64,000 nt of DNA from Methanotrichaceae archaeon (GCA_963813075.1 CAWEXU010000004.1:96001-160000), one strand, 5' to 3'; counted from the first letter of the stretch, positions 32,155 to 44,222 are shown. The notes: generated from the sequence alone by a model not told the origin. Numbers and translations are program-made.

Positions 32155-33424
32155 TCAGATCTCCCTGGGATCGGTGATATAGCCGGTGATGGCGCTCGCT
32201 CCTGCAGTGGCGGGAGAAGAGAGGTAGACGAATGCCTGGGGGCTTCCCTGCCTGCCCACGAAGTTCCGGTTGGAGGTGGCCAGACAGCGCTCTCCCGCTC
32301 CCAGGAGGCCGAAGCTCCCACCCATGCAGGGGCCGCAGCAGGGCGACTCCACCATCGCCCCCGCTTCCATAAACTTCTCCACCAGGCCGGCATCGCAGGC
32401 ATTTCATGTACTCATCCCGGCTGGCGGGGACCACGATCATCCTCACCCCTTTTGCCAGGGGCTCATTCTTCATCATCTCGCAGGCAAGCTGCAGGTCCTC
32501 GAAGCGGCCGTTGGTGCAGGAGCCTAAGAATACCTGATCGATCCGGATCTCGGGCACCTGGCTGATGGGCAGGACGTTGTCCACATTATGGGGCATGGCG
32601 ATCTGCGGCTCCAGATCAGATACATTCCACTCCCTCCGGGAGAACGTTGCATCCTCGTCTCCCCTGAGATTTCCGGCCTCTATTGCCTCCCGATCCGGGA
32701 CCCGTCCCTGCAGGTAATTATTCGTCGTCCCGTCCGCCGGGAAGATGCCCACCTTGGCCCCCATTTCGATGGCCATGTTGGAGACCGTCATCCTCTCAGG
32801 AATGCTCATCCTCTCCGCGGCCTCACCCCGAAACTCGCAGGCCAGATAGTTGGCCCCATCGGCACCGATATCGCCGATGATGCGCAGGACTGCGTCCTTT
32901 GATGTAACTCGAGAGGGCAGCTGTCCCTCGATCATGATCTGCAGCGTCTTTGGCACCATAAACCAGAGCTTGCCGGTGGCGAAGACAGAGGCCATGTCTG
33001 TGGACCCGACGCCGGTGGCAAAGGAGCCAAGCGCTCCATAGGTGCAGGTATGCGAGTCCGTGCCCACAATCACGCTGCCAGGAAGCACATGCCCCTTCTC
33101 GGGCATCACCTGATGGCATACGCCGCAGAAGATATCGTAATTGAGAATGCCCTGCTCTTCGGCGAACTTTCGGAGTTGGATGTGATTTTCCGCGGCCTTC
33201 AGGCTGTCTGCCGGGACCTGATGGTCGAAGAGAAGAACGATCCTGGAGGGGTCCCAGACCCGGGCATCCCGGCCTGCGATCTCATAGAATCCCTTCACTG
33301 CCAGGGGGCCAGTGATATCGTGAATCATGGCACCATCTATATTCGCCATGACGAACTCGCCCGCCTTTACCTCTTTTTTTGCCGCTCTGGATAAAATCTT
33401 CTCAGACAGGGTTTGGCCGCTCAT
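32155..33424 (-). CDS. leuC: 3-isopropylmalate dehydratase/homoaconitase large subunit (frameshift near 32395)
   Basis: 'TLSEKIL', 'DSHTCTYG', 'GSCTNGR', 'CGPCMG', '[11 protein letters not shown]'; leuC vs hacA cannot be separated from sequence alone. Confidence 0.85.
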
Positions 33425-34013
33425 GAGATCCTGTTGCCCTCCATGATAATAAATCTTGACCTTCCTGGCTCAGCATCTTTGCTTTCCTGAGGTCGGAGAC
33501 GAAATCAGCCATCAGATTTCTATTCCGCAGGACGGCTGCCGGATGATAGGTAACCAAAAAGCGATCGCTCAGAATCTGGCCGCGCAGAACCGTCACGCCC
33601 TGAACTCCCAGGACGGCTTGAATGGCAGTGTTGCCCATCAGGCAGATAATCTTAGGCCGGATGGCATTCATCTGCGCCTCCAGATAGGGCAGGCACCGCT
33701 CGATCTCATTTCGCTTCGGTTTTCTGTTCAGAGGCGGGCGGCATTTGATGACGCTGGTTATGAAGACATCCTCTCTTTTCAGGCCGGCCTCATCCAGTGC
33801 TTTGTCCAGCAGCCTTCCCGCCCGGCCCACGAATGGCAGCCCTTTGAGGTCCTCCTCCCGGCCGGGTGCCTCTCCTACCAGCATAATACCGGCTTGTGCG
33901 GGGCCAGATCCTGGCACAGTCAGGTTTCGGCTGAGTGATAGTGAACAGAGCTCGCAGGAGGCAATCTTCTCCTGCAACTGGATCAGGTCTGGCGGGCACA
34001 TGCTGGCAGCCAT
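33402..34013 (-). CDS. udg: Uracil-DNA glycosylase family 4
   Basis: 'CELCSL', 'VGEAPG..ED..G.PFVG.AG', 'KCRPP.NR.P', 'YHPAA.LR'. Confidence 0.93.
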   Translation of the reverse strand: MAASMCPPDLIQLQEKIASCELCSLSLSRNLTVPGSGPAQAGIMLVGEAPGREEDLKGLPFVGRAGRLLDKALDEAGLKREDVFITSVIKCRPPLNRKPKRNEIERCLPYLEAQMNAIRPKIICLMGNTAIQAVLGVQGVTVLRGQILSDRFLVTYHPAAVLRNRNLMADFVSDLRKAKMLSQEGQDLLSWRATGSHERPNPV

Positions 34014-34109
34014 TGATGCTCGTTATTGATAATACTTGTCTATTGATCCCTGCCCTGGGAAAAATCAATCGCAACGAAAGGTTCTTATTTATTCAAACCC
34101 TCTAGCCAG

Positions 34110-34361
34110 GTGAGGAGGGTACTGATGCAGTTCGCAGAGTGGACATATCCCCTGAGGAAGTTTGACGATATATATTATACTATTGAGCGGATAGTTTATG
34201 GCAAAGGGGAGCTGAAGGGCTTCACCACCGAAGATATCTACAACAACCTGCGAGATAAGCGCTTTTTCAACGATGTGCAGGATCTGAATCGCTATTTGCT
34301 GGAGAACGGGCAGAAATACAAGATAAGAAAGATTGATGAGGCCTGGGAGCGCTATTACTAG
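34110..34361 (+). CDS. Small hypothetical protein
   Basis: 83-aa ORF (ATG at 34125 possible, GAGGAGG RBS), upstream TATA-like TTATTTATT. Confidence 0.7.
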   Translation: MRRVLMQFAEWTYPLRKFDDIYYTIERIVYGKGELKGFTTEDIYNNLRDKRFFNDVQDLNRYLLENGQKYKIRKIDEAWERYY

Positions 34362-34365
34362 CGCT

Positions 34366-35632
34366 TCATCTTATCTTTTCTTTGAAGTAAATATTTCTCT
34401 CATCTATTCCCAACTCAATGAACCTGCCCGTAGCCAGGATGTTATGGCTGTGTTTGAGCAGAGCCACTCTTACCCCCGGTGCCACCACCGACTCCGATGG
34501 TAAGACCACATTCTCGCCGATCACCGGGACGCCTCCATCCCCTCCGCCGTTCAATCCCAGATCAATATGCTCCTCTAAGGTGGAGTGGCGGCCCACTATT
34601 GCCCTGCTGATACTGACGGAATGCTTGACGTGAGCGAAGCTCATAACCATGCTGTCCCTTATCTCGACGTCGCGGTCGATGAGGCTGGTATGGCCGATAT
34701 GGGAGTTCTCTATGACCACGTCCTTTTCTATGCGGCAGTTCCTGCCTATGGAGACGTTTCCCTTCAGCACGATCTCCCCGGAGGCGAGCATCGGCTCTAT
34801 CCTGGCCAGGGTGCTGGGATGGATCCACTGATTGGTCTTGTAGCTGTATTTGCGGTCGAAGTGCCTGACCCGGCCGGAGAGGCAATCCATGGCTGCTTGA
34901 TGCAGCCTTTCCGGCGTGCCGATATCTATCCAGTATCCAGATACCGGGAAGCCGTAGACTGGATAGCCGTTCTGAGTAAGGTAAGGGATCAGGTCGCCGC
35001 CTATGTCCCTGGCCTTATCACCCATCTTCGCCAGGACATCCCGGACCTCGGGGCTGAAAAGATAAAAGGCGGTGTTGATCATCCGGCTGGGCTCGCTGCC
35101 CGGCTTTGGCTTCTCCACGAAACCGCTGATGCGCATATCCTCGTCCACCCGGGCTACGCCGTAGGACGAGATGTTCTCCTCAGGACCGATCTCCTTTAGA
35201 GCTACGGTTAAGAACCGGCTTATGCTCCTGATGGAACTGGACAATCTTCGACAGGTCGATATCGATCAGGTTGTCTCCCGAGACCACCAGGAGGTCATCG
35301 TTTATGTCATAGTAGTTCATGCAGTAGCGCAGAGAATCGGCGCTGCCCATATCATCATAGAGCGGCTGATAGCTGAAATCCTGGTGGTCGGCGATCCCCA
35401 GACGCTTGAAGAAGCCCTCACCGGCCTTGAAATAGTTGCTCAGGTCGAGGGTATTGTTCGCTCCCTTGCTGCCTAAAATGAACCGGCGACATCCCTGGGT
35501 GGCCAAAACCCGGAAGATATTGGCAATTATGGCCGTATCGCACAACTCCACCAACGGCTTGGGCTGATCCAGGGTCAAAGGATAAAGGCGCGTTCCCGAG
35601 CCGCCAACCGTTGCTAAGACCTGGGGAAACAT
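34366..35632 (-). CDS. Sugar-phosphate nucleotidyltransferase with left-handed beta-helix (frameshift near 35210)
   Basis: 'GGSGTRLYPLT..PKPL', 'FVEKP', 'YWIDIGTP', hexapeptide repeats; ORFs 35180..35632 and 34366..35244. Confidence 0.88.
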
Positions 35633-35718
35633 GCTCTATAATTGAAGCAGGCAAGAATATTAAAGCTATCCCTGCAGATCATACCTATCGTCTATGTTCT
35701 ATCTCTTCCATTCTATAT

Positions 35719-35811
35719 TCAGTACCCTCTCATTATCTTCAAAATGATGCGGGCGATCATAAAGGCGAGCAGGAACAGAATAGCGTAGAAGGCAATCGTA
35801 ATTATATCCAT
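35719..35811 (-). CDS. Putative 30-aa single-pass membrane microprotein
   Basis: MDIITIAFYAILFLLAFMIARIILKIMRGY*; TATAAA about 25 nt upstream of ATG. Confidence 0.5.
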   Translation of the reverse strand: MDIITIAFYAILFLLAFMIARIILKIMRGY

Positions 35812-35912
35812 GGCAGGTATTCAGTCTTTTCTGGTTTATAGATTTGATTGCCCTGCAAATTGCCCTACAAAAAGATTGATCAGCCATAAGGGTCCCAATC
35901 CAGGGCAATCAG

Positions 35913-37139
35913 GTGCTATTCATGAATCATACCGGGGCCATAGAGAGGGCGAAGGAGCACTTCGCCGCACTGCTCAATGAGCAGCTCAAGCGCGTTGATC
36001 AGATGAAAGCAGGAGAGGACTGGGCGGACTACAGCCGGCTTATGCCGATAATAATCGGGGTGGTAGGAGGAGACGGTATAGGCCCATTCATCACCAAAGA
36101 GGCAGTACGGGTGCTCGAGCACATTCTGGCAGAAGAGATTCAGTCGGGAAAGGTCGAGCTGAGGTGGATCTCGGGCCTCTCCATCGAGGAGAGGGTTAAG
36201 GTGATGAAGGCCCTGCCCGAGGAGACCCTGGCGGCGCTGAAGGAGTGCCATGTGATACTTAAGGGTCCCCTCACCACCCCCAAGAAAGGGGACAAATGGC
36301 CGAACCTGGAGAGCGCCAACGTCTCCATGCGCCGGGAGCTGGACCTCTTCGCCAATGTCCGGCCGGTCAAGGTTCCGGAGAAGGGCATCGACTGGATATT
36401 CTACCGGGAGAATACCGAGGGCGAGTACGTCCTGGGCAGCTCGGGATTCAATGTCACCGAGGACCTGGCAGTGGACTTCAAGGTGATCACCACCCAGGGA
36501 GCGGAGAGAATCGTGCGCCTGGCATTCGAGTACGCCAAAAAGAATGGCATCAAAAGAGTCTCTGCGGTCACCAAGGCCAATGTGATCAAGACCACTGACG
36601 GCAAGTTCCTGGAGGTAGCCCGGCGGGTAGCGGCGGAGTACCCGGACATCCAGTTCGACGACTGGTTCGTGGACATAATGGCGGCAAAGCTGGTGGACGA
36701 GAAGCGGAGGCGCGACTTCAAGGTGATCGTTTTGCCTAACCTGTACGGGGACATCCTCACCGATGAGGCGGCGGAGTTCCAGGGCGGGGTGGGCACTGCC
36801 GGGAGCGCCAATATCGGCAAGAGGTATGCCATGTTCGAGGCCATTCACGGCTCAGCTCCGCGCATGGTCGACGAGGGCCGAGCGCAGTATGCCGATCCGG
36901 CGAGCATGATGCGGGCCTGTGTGATGATGCTGCGCCACATCGGCTTCGCCCTTCAGGCCAGCCGGATGGAGATGGCGCTGGATATCTGCGGCCAGTTCGA
37001 AAAGGGTGTATGCCTCACCGGCCGGCCGGATGGTGCCACTGGGGCTCAGTTCGCAGACTATGTGCTCGGGACTGTTCAAGATCCCAATCTACTCAGCCGC
37101 TGGCAGAAGTATCAGGCTTCTGGAGAGGTAAAGCTTTAG
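35913..37139 (+). CDS. Isocitrate/isopropylmalate dehydrogenase family protein
   Basis: 'GDGIGP', 'LKGPLTTP', 'RENTEGEY', 'PNLYGDILTDEAA', 'FEAIHGSAP'. Confidence 0.92.
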   Translation: MLFMNHTGAIERAKEHFAALLNEQLKRVDQMKAGEDWADYSRLMPIIIGVVGGDGIGPFITKEAVRVLEHILAEEIQSGKVELRWISGLSIEERVKVMKALPEETLAALKECHVILKGPLTTPKKGDKWPNLESANVSMRRELDLFANVRPVKVPEKGIDWIFYRENTEGEYVLGSSGFNVTEDLAVDFKVITTQGAERIVRLAFEYAKKNGIKRVSAVTKANVIKTTDGKFLEVARRVAAEYPDIQFDDWFVDIMAAKLVDEKRRRDFKVIVLPNLYGDILTDEAAEFQGGVGTAGSANIGKRYAMFEAIHGSAPRMVDEGRAQYADPASMMRACVMMLRHIGFALQASRMEMALDICGQFEKGVCLTGRPDGATGAQFADYVLGTVQDPNLLSRWQKYQASGEVKL

Positions 37140-37157
37140 CTGAAATGATCCCATATA

Positions 37158-38033
37158 TTGCTCGTGGAAAACCTTGCGGAAGCATTTCTGGGCCTGAGCC
37201 GAGAGGATCTCTCTCTGCTGGGCGCAATTGAAAGCGGGATGAAGACCCACGAGTGGGTCCCCTCTTTTTTGATAACCAAGATTGCCGGCCTCTCCGCCAG
37301 CAAATCAGAGTACCGCCTGCAGCATCTTTTTGAGAAGAAGCTGGTGGTAAGGGAGGCTCAGCACTACCTGGGCTATCAGATAAACTTCGATTCCTACGAT
37401 CTTTTGGCGCTCTCGGACTTCGTCCGGCGCGATCAGGTGAGAAGCATCGGAGAAGAGATCGGGGTGGGCAAGGAGTCTATCGTCCGCGAGGCCCAGGGAG
37501 ATGGCCCACTGGCCATCAAGTTCCACCGCCAGGGCCGGACCAGCTTCAAGCATGTCCGCCGCCTGCGCGACCACCTTACAGATAAACCAAAGGTTCCGTG
37601 GCTTTATGCCGCCGCCCTGGCAGCCAAACGGGAGTTTGGAGTGATGGAAAAGCTCCACCCATTGGTCTCCATTCCCCGGCCGGTAGCCATAAGCCGGCAT
37701 GCTCTGGCAATGGAGCAGATCCCAGGCCCACTTCTGAACAGGATCACTCTGGAAGATCCCGAGGAGGGCCTGAGGCTGATCCTGGTTGAGGTGGGACGGG
37801 CCCTGAGCCAGGGCATCATCCATGCCGACCTGAGCGAGTTCAATATCATGATAGCTGATTCCGGGCCGGTGATCATCGACTGGCCTCAGGCGGTGGATGC
37901 CACTCACCCCAATGCGGATGAACTCCTGAAGAGGGATCTGGGCAATGTGCTGCGTTTCTTCCAGAGAAAATACCATATCGAAATGCCGCTGGAAGAGGCG
38001 CTCTCGCTGGTTGAGGAGGCAAAGAGGATTTGA
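37158..38033 (+). CDS. RIO2-type serine/threonine kinase
   Basis: N-terminal wHTH, 'IGVGKES', 'IKFHR.GRTSF', 'IIHADLSEFNI', 'IIDWPQ'. Confidence 0.93.
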   Translation: MLVENLAEAFLGLSREDLSLLGAIESGMKTHEWVPSFLITKIAGLSASKSEYRLQHLFEKKLVVREAQHYLGYQINFDSYDLLALSDFVRRDQVRSIGEEIGVGKESIVREAQGDGPLAIKFHRQGRTSFKHVRRLRDHLTDKPKVPWLYAAALAAKREFGVMEKLHPLVSIPRPVAISRHALAMEQIPGPLLNRITLEDPEEGLRLILVEVGRALSQGIIHADLSEFNIMIADSGPVIIDWPQAVDATHPNADELLKRDLGNVLRFFQRKYHIEMPLEEALSLVEEAKRI

Positions 38034-40030
38034 GCATCTTCGGGGTGGATATCGCCAGCGGATCACCGGGCAGCCGAAGGGCCCCCAGCTATTCTATGGT
38101 CGTCCTGGAAGGAGACTCTACCACGGCTCACCATATGATCAGCAGGCATAAGCTGATCCGGATGATCAGGGAGCGGCAGCCGGAGATGGTGGCCATGGAT
38201 AACGTCCATGAGCTGGCGGAAAGCCACCGGGAATTGGTCAACCTCCTGCGCCGTCTCCCCTCCTTCGACCAAACTGGTGCAGGTGACGGGCGGGGAGAGG
38301 CCGGAGTCTTTAGTCCGTCTGGCCCGCTGGAATGGCATCACCTTCGACCGCACCAAGCCCCTGGAGGAGGCGGAGGCCTCGGCCAGGCTGGCGGCCAAGG
38401 GCGTTGGCGCGATCGTCTCCGCCTTTGAGGATAAGACATTGATCAAGGTGAGCCGGAGGCGGTCCCTGGGTCGGGGCGGCTGGAGCCAGAACCGCTATAC
38501 CAGAAAGATCCACGGAGCGGTGATGGCCATGGCGCGTGAGGTGGAAAAGCAACTGCGCGAAGCCGGTTTGGAGTACTCTCTGCGGACGGTGGAGGGGTTG
38601 GGCGGCTTCACCCGGGCGGAGTTCGTGGTGGAGGCCTCCCGGGATAAGGTGCACATCAACCCCGGCTATTCGGTCGATGCCCAGCTGAAGGTGCAGAGCA
38701 TCGAGAGGCCTGCTCTGCAGTACAAGCCGCTGCTGCACCGCAGAGGCTACATCATCGTGGGCCTGGACCCAGGCACCACCACCGGCATTGCCGCCCTGAA
38801 CCTGCGGGGTGAATTGGTCGACCTGATCAGCTCCCGCGCCATGTCCTCTTCCGACGTGATCGAGTGGATCGCCGCCCGGGGAAGGCCGCTGATTGTGGCC
38901 ACGGACGTCTCGCCCACGCCGGGAGCGGTGGAGAAGACCAAGAGGGCCTTTAATGCCGTCTTATTCAGTCCGGGGGCGGATATGGCCGGGGAGGAGAAGA
39001 TCGCCCTCGGACGGGAGCTGGGCTACAAGAACGACCACGAGAGGGATGCTCTGGCTGCCGCTCTGTCCGCCTTCCGGAAGTACAAGAACAAGTTCATGCA
39101 GGTGGAGAAGAAGGCGCCGGCGGAGGTTGATCCAGATGAGATCAAGGCCCTGGTGGTCAGGGGCTTCTCCATTGAGAACGCCATTGCCGAGTTCACCCAG
39201 CCAACTCCGGCGGAGGGCAGGCCGGCGGCCCCGGCCCCAGCGACCGTTGCCCCAGATCCGGATACCGCCGGCCTGCGGCAGCATATCCAGCAGCTTTCCG
39301 AGCAGGTGAAGACCCTGCGCACTTACGTGGATGAGCTGCAGGCCCAGATGGCGGTGAAGGATGCCGATCTGCAAAAGGCTATCGAGAAGCTGGACCGGCG
39401 AAGGACAAGACCTCCAGGGAGATCAAACGTGACCATGAGATCAGGATCCGGGACAAGGAGATCGGACGGCTGCGCTCCATCCTGCGCTCGGAGAGAAAGT
39501 ACACCAAGAAGCTGAAGAGGACGGTGGCTGCCCGGAAGAAGGCGGAGAGGATTGAGGAGGTGAAAGGGCTGCGCCGTCTGAAGCCGGTGGCCGCATTCTC
39601 CAAAGAGGCGGTGCTGGCCGCGGCGGAGCGCTACGCTCTGGCCGAGGGGGACCTGGTCCTCTTAGAGGATGCCAGCGGCGGGGGAAAGAGCACGGCGGAG
39701 CTGTTCCGGGAGAGGGGGGTTGCCGCCATAGTGGCAGAGGGGGAGATGGCCCAGGCGATGCAGGAGTATTTCCTGGACCTGGGACTGCCCGTATTCACCT
39801 CCTCGGAGATTGCGGTGCAGAGGATCGACAGCCTGCCCTTCATCCGGCCGGAGGAGCTGGAGGCGGCGCGGGAGAGGTGGGAGGTGCAGCAGAAGGCCCG
39901 GCAGGCGAGGCTGGAGGCGGAGAAGCTGGAGAGCTTATTCCAGGATTATAAGGTGGAGAGGATGAAGGAGGAGAAGAGGAAGAAGAGGATGAAGATGGCT
40001 GAGAAGATGGGGGAGGAGGGGTATGATTGA
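38030..40030 (+). CDS. DUF460 family protein (RNase H-like + coiled coil; frameshifts near 38260 and 39400)
   Basis: 'IFGVDI', 'RSLGRGGWSQNRY.RKIH', 'IVGLDPGTTTGIA', 'NDHERDALAAA'; three consecutive ORFs. Confidence 0.88.
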
Positions 40031-40149
40031 TAGGTAATTCTTCTCCAAGACGATATTGAGGAGGGCGGGGAAAGGGATATCCGCGCGTTTTTACCAGTAA
40101 TATCCCTCCCACCCATCCAAAACGGTTGAGGGTGAGACTTCAGCTGGTA

Positions 40150-40705
40150 TCCCTACGTATAAAGCTCCATGTCATCTGGCATCCTTGAACACGGAAGCAA
40201 TCTCATTCCACAAACGTCCTTACGTCTGCATCCCTTTAGTCGCTCATGTATTCGCGAATACTTTTGACATCGGCTTCAAAACCACGAATCTCTCCGATAC
40301 GAGCGCGCATATTCCACAACTCTCTGACCCTGGCGCTGGGCAACCAGCATGGGCTCGATCGGCTTCGCTCACTGCCACCAGGGCTACCTCGTGAGAGAAG
40401 CCTCATGCGTTCTCTGGCTCCAGGCATCTTCGCCTCCCTTGCGCAAACTGCTCACTGTAGATGTAGAACACCCGGTCGGCAAGCTCGGTCAGCTTCTGCA
40501 GGTGGTGGTCCAGCGTCGGCAGAGGAGAGCAGGACGGTCATGAGCAGGAAGACTGTGAAGGCGCGACGCACATACAGCACCGTGACGTTTCAGTTCAGTC
40601 GACTGAGGATGCGGGAGTGGTTGCCGCTGATGAATAGGATCTTGTAGTGCTGCAATTCCGGGTGGCTGTTGATGGGGCGGGCCATTACCTCCACCTGGTG
40701 CGACC
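40150..40705 (-). pseudogene. Decayed fragments, possibly of a PolB2-operon-associated gene
   Basis: Minus strand reads 'NSHPELQHYKILFISGNHSRILSRLN*NVTVLYVRRAFTVF' and 'LDHHLQKLTELADRVFYI', recalled as resembling the inactive RadA-like protein next to PolB2 in Methanomicrobia; not verified. Confidence 0.3.
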
Positions 40706-41242
40706 ATGACTTTGGAGGTTTCAGGAAGCAGGGAGACAGTCAGGAGGAGTTAGATTTCCATGATAGAAAGATCGGTCGGCTCTGGAGATATGAGGGGGAG
40801 GTCCGCTTCATCCGCTGCATCAAATGCAACAGAACCTGGCGAGAGTGCGACTAGAGCAGCCGACTTATATTAAATATTAAATTGCATCAACAAGTAGAAG
40901 CTTTACCAAGAGGTGAGGCAATCTTTAAAATGATTTCGAGTCAGTTTGGAGCGTAAATTCAATAAACAAAGAACAACCTGTGGCATATGGATTAAATTAA
41001 TATATCCAGTGTGCACAATATAGGAATGATCTCCCCTTAGCTCTCGTCCAAGGGCAGAAATGAAGGGGGACGGAGATAAAATGAAAACCCAACGACCGTG
41101 CAGGTCAATTCAACGTAGCCTAGCGGCTGCAATACGTAGCTATCGCTATCAAATTGAAATTTGGGAGGTTGTCCAGACCTACCCTGAAAACCCTCAGACC
41201 AGCTCTCAATCTCTTCCTGTTCAAAAAAGAGCGTGATCCTAG

Positions 41243-41892
41243 ATGATAAAAGACATAACAAGATATATCAACTTTGCTGGAGACAACCCAGTAGTAAAAG
41301 AGCCTAGTATCGGCCTATCGATGCCGATTATCGGCAAGCAAAACGCTGAGCATGCAAAGTGGGCGATCAATGCACTTGCCCGGACTTCGAGCCTCAGCTG
41401 TAAAGGAATACGATATACCGGCAACCGTAGGACATTTTCTGAGTCCACGATACCCTTATGATCTGATAATCAGACCTTTGCCACGGCGCGATATTCAAGC
41501 CAGCTGGGATCAGCAGTGTATTTTGGACAAACACAGCAAGCCGCAAGGATGCTCTTTACTGGAGCAGTGAGTTCAACGGATGGCGGTCATGGCCCAAGAA
41601 AAATCCCGATAGGGTTATGAGCTTAGATAAGTGGATAGATCTGCAACGCCCATGTGGACAGGCTCAGGCGTGGCTGGCTGTCACGACAAGGGCAATAAGT
41701 GAGGATGGCAGCTTATTCTGTTGCTGGGCACCCATGTCAGAAGTGATACAACTACATGCCCTGCTGCCTAAATTGCCGGCAACATATCTGGCAACGTGCC
41801 CAACAATGGCCTACGACACTAAGACTGAAAGCTTTGACATTAGCCATGAGTTGCTAGGGATGATCCTGGGGGTTAAGGGGTGGGCAGCATAG
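41243..41892 (+). pseudogene. Fragmented hypothetical gene
   Basis: Three overlapping + strand frames (41243, 41352, ~41470-41892) with protein-like composition; no family recognised. Confidence 0.3.
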
Positions 41893-42188
41893 CTACCCCA
41901 TTCTTTTTGGATATTTTCAAGGCTGAATCCTTCTGGGATATATTTGCATCTTTAACGTCATTATGGAATCAATCGTTGTTATCTACAAAATATTCAGCAA
42001 TGCCAGCGGGAAAGTTTGGATTCAAGGATGAAAAAGGCAATCTAAGTTTCTTTATGTCTTCCACCTTTTCCAGAAAGTGGTCTAGAGAAAGATAACCAAA
42101 GACATTCCTCAAGGGCTTTGGTCTTCCTCTGGCATAACTGATATAAGCTTAGCTGAAGTTGAGTATCACGTTAGTATGCTGAGGTATA

Positions 42189-42637
42189 ATGGAAACATTA
42201 TGTATTGTTCATGTGGAAAGAGAAAGATATGGGATAAAAATCCCAATGCGGGTTTTGTAAAAGCAAAGGATGTTTACATAGGTCCTTTTTCTATAAAATG
42301 CAAAGAATATGCAGAAAAATTCTATGCAAATTCATGGTGCATTTTATCTGCAAAGTATGGATTTATATTCCCAGAAGAAAAACTTCCAGGGACTTATAAT
42401 GTAAGCTTTAAAGATAGAACACATCCGATAGGCATAGACGATCTTATATTGCAGTTAGAGCAGAAAAGATTGAATAATTATGACAGGATAGTAGTTCTGG
42501 GTGGCAAATCATATGTAAAGGTAATAAATAAGGCATTCGAAGGCAAAATTATTTCTAATCCATTAGCTAATTGTGAAGGATTAGGTTATATGATGCATCA
42601 TCTGAATGAGTCTATAAAAAAAGGGTTCGAACTATAA
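42189..42637 (+). CDS. DUF6884-like protein (1-nt deletion near 42210)
   Basis: METLCIV(P)CGKRKIWDKNP..AKDVYIGPF...WCILSAKYGF pattern; GAGGT RBS before ATG 42189; low GC. Confidence 0.7.
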
Positions 42638-43393
42638 TCCAGCTAATTAAATGTTTTTTAGGACAATACTCATCTAGATAACAGATGTTGCAATTAGGAT
42701 CCTCCGGTCTGCACCAATTCCTGCCGATCTCCCAGGCTGAAGAGTCAAAGATTCCTGGGTATTCTGGATACCATTCTTTCGCACAATATACTAATTCATC
42801 AATATTCCTGGTATCGGATATAAATCCCAATCTCTTAAAGACTCTTCTAACATGAACATCTGGTGAAATGTCAATACGAATTTTATCTTGCATAGGGATT
42901 TTAAAATCTCTAGCTAAGATATTTGTTGTTACCATACTCGCTATTTTAACACCTACGCCCTCAAATTCAAGAAATCTCCTAACAACTGTTGCACTTCTTG
43001 GATTATTGCTCCAAATCGTTGAGGCATTATTATCATATTCCTTGTGAATACGTTGTATACCTAAATAAAAATATTTTGCTGAATCTTTATTAAATCTATG
43101 CAGTCGCTCTTCTTCGAAAATGGTATTAATATAATCTTCGCTGCAGCTTAATAATCTGCTAAATTCAAATCCACCTATTTTCTTGAGACATTATATGGAA
43201 TTAGCCAAGCTCTTTCAGCTTTAATCTGTTTATTCATTATGGAAGCTAGCACGAAAGCATGAGGAAATTGATCCAAATCATTTAAGAGATGATCTGCTTC
43301 AGGATTTTGTGTGAATTTGCCTCTTTGATAAGGTTATCTGAATACTTCATTTCGTCTATTTATTAATGTACTTAATACTTGATCCTGATCCAT
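42612..43393 (-). pseudogene. HhH-GPD/endonuclease III-like Fe-S protein, disrupted
   Basis: 'FLEFEGVGVKIASM', 'DISPDVHVRRVFKRLG', 'WCRPEDPNCNICYLDEYCP'; in-frame TAA at codon 20 and a frameshift near 43185. Confidence 0.8.
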
Positions 43394-43639
43394 ATCTTAT
43401 GGTTAACCAAGCAATCTACTTGTCAATGGTTGAGATCATAAAACAATATATTATAGGGATTATTATTCTATTATTTCTTAACATTTTCTCCCTAGATTGG
43501 CCCCACATGCAGCCCTAGCTCTGGAGATTACTCTGGTGAAGAGGTCCAGAGCATAATGGCTTAAAAGATCCATTTCCTACTTTTCTCTTTCATTATTTAA
43601 CCCACAAGCTTTTTAGTTCATAATTCTATTTAGATTTAT

Positions 43640-44222
43640 AGCAAAGGTCAAAGATTACAGGGTCTCCATAGATTCAAAGGTCCCCTGCTGGAGGTGCTGG
43701 CTGCTCAGAAGCATGCACGCATGAAAGCGGAGTGAACCCCGCGAGCACGGCATCCATTCAAGTATTCCCTGTCGGTGGCACGATGAACTAGCCTAGAATC
43801 CCGAAAGATCGAACAGCTTCAATGTCGACCGGAGCAAATTGAGGGCCAGGATTACCCTGCTTGAGAGGCTGCTTGGTCAGGGCTCATGCCAAATGGGCTT
43901 TTAAAAAAATGCGTTCGCCATGACCCAGAAGAAGGTCAACAAGACAATGCATTTGCTGAGAGCTTTATTTTTAAATGAATACCCCGCAGCATGCAGCGGG
44001 CTGCGCTGTTTGACTTAGACCCCAAAGGTCGAGGAGGTATATATTAATGAGTACGGAACATTTGAAAATGCTTATGAAACATCTAGCACTTCATTGAGGA
44101 TAATTTACACCAAGAAGAGACGGCACTCGGCACTGGATTATAAATCTTCGGATCATTTCGAATTGGAGGTTGCTTTAAATATAGTTGCTTAACTACCTGT
44201 CTACTATCAGGGGTTCAGTCCA
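43640..44222 (+). mobile_element. Internally deleted IS3-family remnant with right inverted repeat
   Basis: orfA traces 'AREHGIHSSIPCRW', 'LRARITLLERLLGQ'; orfB end 'DNAFAESFI..KVEEVYINEY..KRRHSALDYKS'; terminus TGTCTACTATCAGGGGTTCAGTCCA ending at 44222. Confidence 0.8.
43970..44016. mobile_element. Tiny palindromic IS200/IS605-derived insertion within the IS3 remnant
   Basis: AATGAATACCCCGCAGCATGCAGCGGGCTGCGCTGTTTGAC interrupts the ESFI/KTLK codons; hairpin plus TTGAC end. Confidence 0.5.
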
